Shown in pieces: positions 63,469 to 64,000 of a stretch of 64,000 nt of DNA. The notes under the pieces were generated by a model, which was given only the letters and a program-made list of their open reading frames with translations, had not been told where the DNA came from and made no database searches. The first letter of the stretch is position 1. Each line of letters opens with the position of its first letter. The translations under genes were made by a program, and so were the position numbers. The stretch lies in IMG/VR virus record IMGVR_UViG_3300034073_005389, positions 297,491-361,490 of that record; one strand, given 5' to 3'.

Positions 63469-63616
63469 ACTATAACTCAGTATGTTGACCGATGGGTACA
63501 AACCATGTAGAATCTCGACAAGCCAGAATCCCTTGCGGAACTCAACAGCTTGTCGAGTCTCTCTCCCCACCTCTACCAGAATCCGTTAGGACTCGATGAT
63601 AGAGGTGGGGAGGTGT

Positions 63617-63859
63617 TTACTTGCGGCGGCTAAGCTGGTGGGCTCGCGCCCAGCCAGCCGCCGACGCCGCCCATGCCGCCACCGCCGCCGTGAGGCAGGC
63701 GATGGCGAGCAGGGCGATTCTGGCGGGGGCGTTTTTCGCCCCCGCCGCCCTCGCCGCCCAGTGGGCGGCGAGGGCGCGCCAAAGCGCGCTCCTCTCCGCC
63801 GCCCAGGCGGCGCGCGCCGACCTGAGGTCGGCGCGGATTCGAAAGAGGGACTTTTCCAT
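63617..63859 (-). CDS. Cassette Ala/Arg/Trp-rich small protein
   Basis: Purine-rich RBS, followed by conserved 3' hairpin. Confidence 0.55.
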   Translation of the reverse strand: MEKSLFRIRADLRSARAAWAAERSALWRALAAHWAARAAGAKNAPARIALLAIACLTAAVAAWAASAAGWARAHQLSRRK

Positions 63860-64000
63860 GGTCCCTTCCCTTCAAGCCCCATTGACACCCATAGACAATC
63901 GTCTCTCACCATGAGAGATTGGACTTCTCTGGCATGCCATGCGGCTCATGTATGGTTTGCTAGGTTGACCGATGGGTACAAACCATGTAGAAATTCGACA

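Larger units (their letters stand above)
56995..63612 (-). repeat. Ten copies of a conserved bulged 3' hairpin (TGTTGAGTCC-tetraloop-GGATTCCG core)
   Basis: At about 56995, 57988, 58627, 58966, 59527, 59922, 60396, 61236, 63515, 63563; outer stems covary; loops TTCG, GTAA, GCAA, TAAC. Confidence 0.8.
50986..63976 (-). promoter_or_regulatory. Dense array (34 copies) of the CCCATCGGTCAAC motif, about one per gene cassette
   Basis: 13-mers at 50986, 51035, 51091, 51137, 51441, 52127, 52432, 53161, 53512, 53852, 54219, 54786, 55123, 55550, 55856, 56214, 56585, 56926, 57957, 58601, 58939, 59502, 59892, 60280, 60370, 61206, 61584, 61732, 62096, 62739, 62934, 63111, 63484, 63964. Confidence 0.88.

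Noticed and set aside
50326-63914. Many plus-strand and overlapping ORFs in the GC-rich zone
   Set aside because: Shadow ORFs expected at high GC; they lack RBS and cross cassette boundaries. N-terminal extensions such as HPSVN or THRST are just translations of the motif.
50986-63976. Integron attC cassette array
   Set aside because: GTTGACC does not fit GTTRRRY with a matching RYYYAAC, hairpins show RNA-type G-U pairs and tetraloops, each cassette appears to have its own promoter, and no integrase is in the window.
1-64000. Stop-codon reassignment
   Set aside because: Recognisable genes are full length in the standard code, and no suppressor tRNA was seen.

Overview
Fragment of a large (jumbo-type) bacteriophage genome. 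It is densely packed with short genes, almost all on the minus strand, and has no recognisable capsid, tail, terminase or polymerase genes. There are 13 dispersed tRNA genes: Leu-TAA x4, Leu-CAA, Arg-TCT x3 (two structurally aberrant), Ile-TAT, Gln, Tyr, Gly, and a CAT tRNA split by a group I intron. Two further reduced tRNA-like RNAs are present. Accessory enzymes include an RNA ligase, SF1 helicase, two radical SAM proteins, amidase, HAD phosphomutase, cytidylyltransferase, MYG1-like nuclease, an Ocr-like DNA mimic and a Csx20-like protein. Composition is strongly graded (estimated by eye): very AT-rich on the left, then GC-rich beyond a strand-skewed non-coding boundary at about 49.9-50.55 kb. 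The dominant unexplained structure is a 13-bp motif (GTTGACCGATGGG on +, CCCATCGGTCAAC on -) of which I count about 50 copies, all in one orientation and nearly always just upstream of minus-strand genes or tRNAs. From 50.9 to 64 kb it organises an array of single-gene cassettes (motif, 5' leader hairpin, RBS, ORF or small RNA, 3' hairpin). Four motif copies precede a winged-helix-like gene that has AT-rich paralogs. Other unusual items are five translationally coupled Gly/Tyr-repeat mini-genes and six copies of a 27-nt pseudoknot-like element. All family assignments are from motif recognition by eye; no searches were run.
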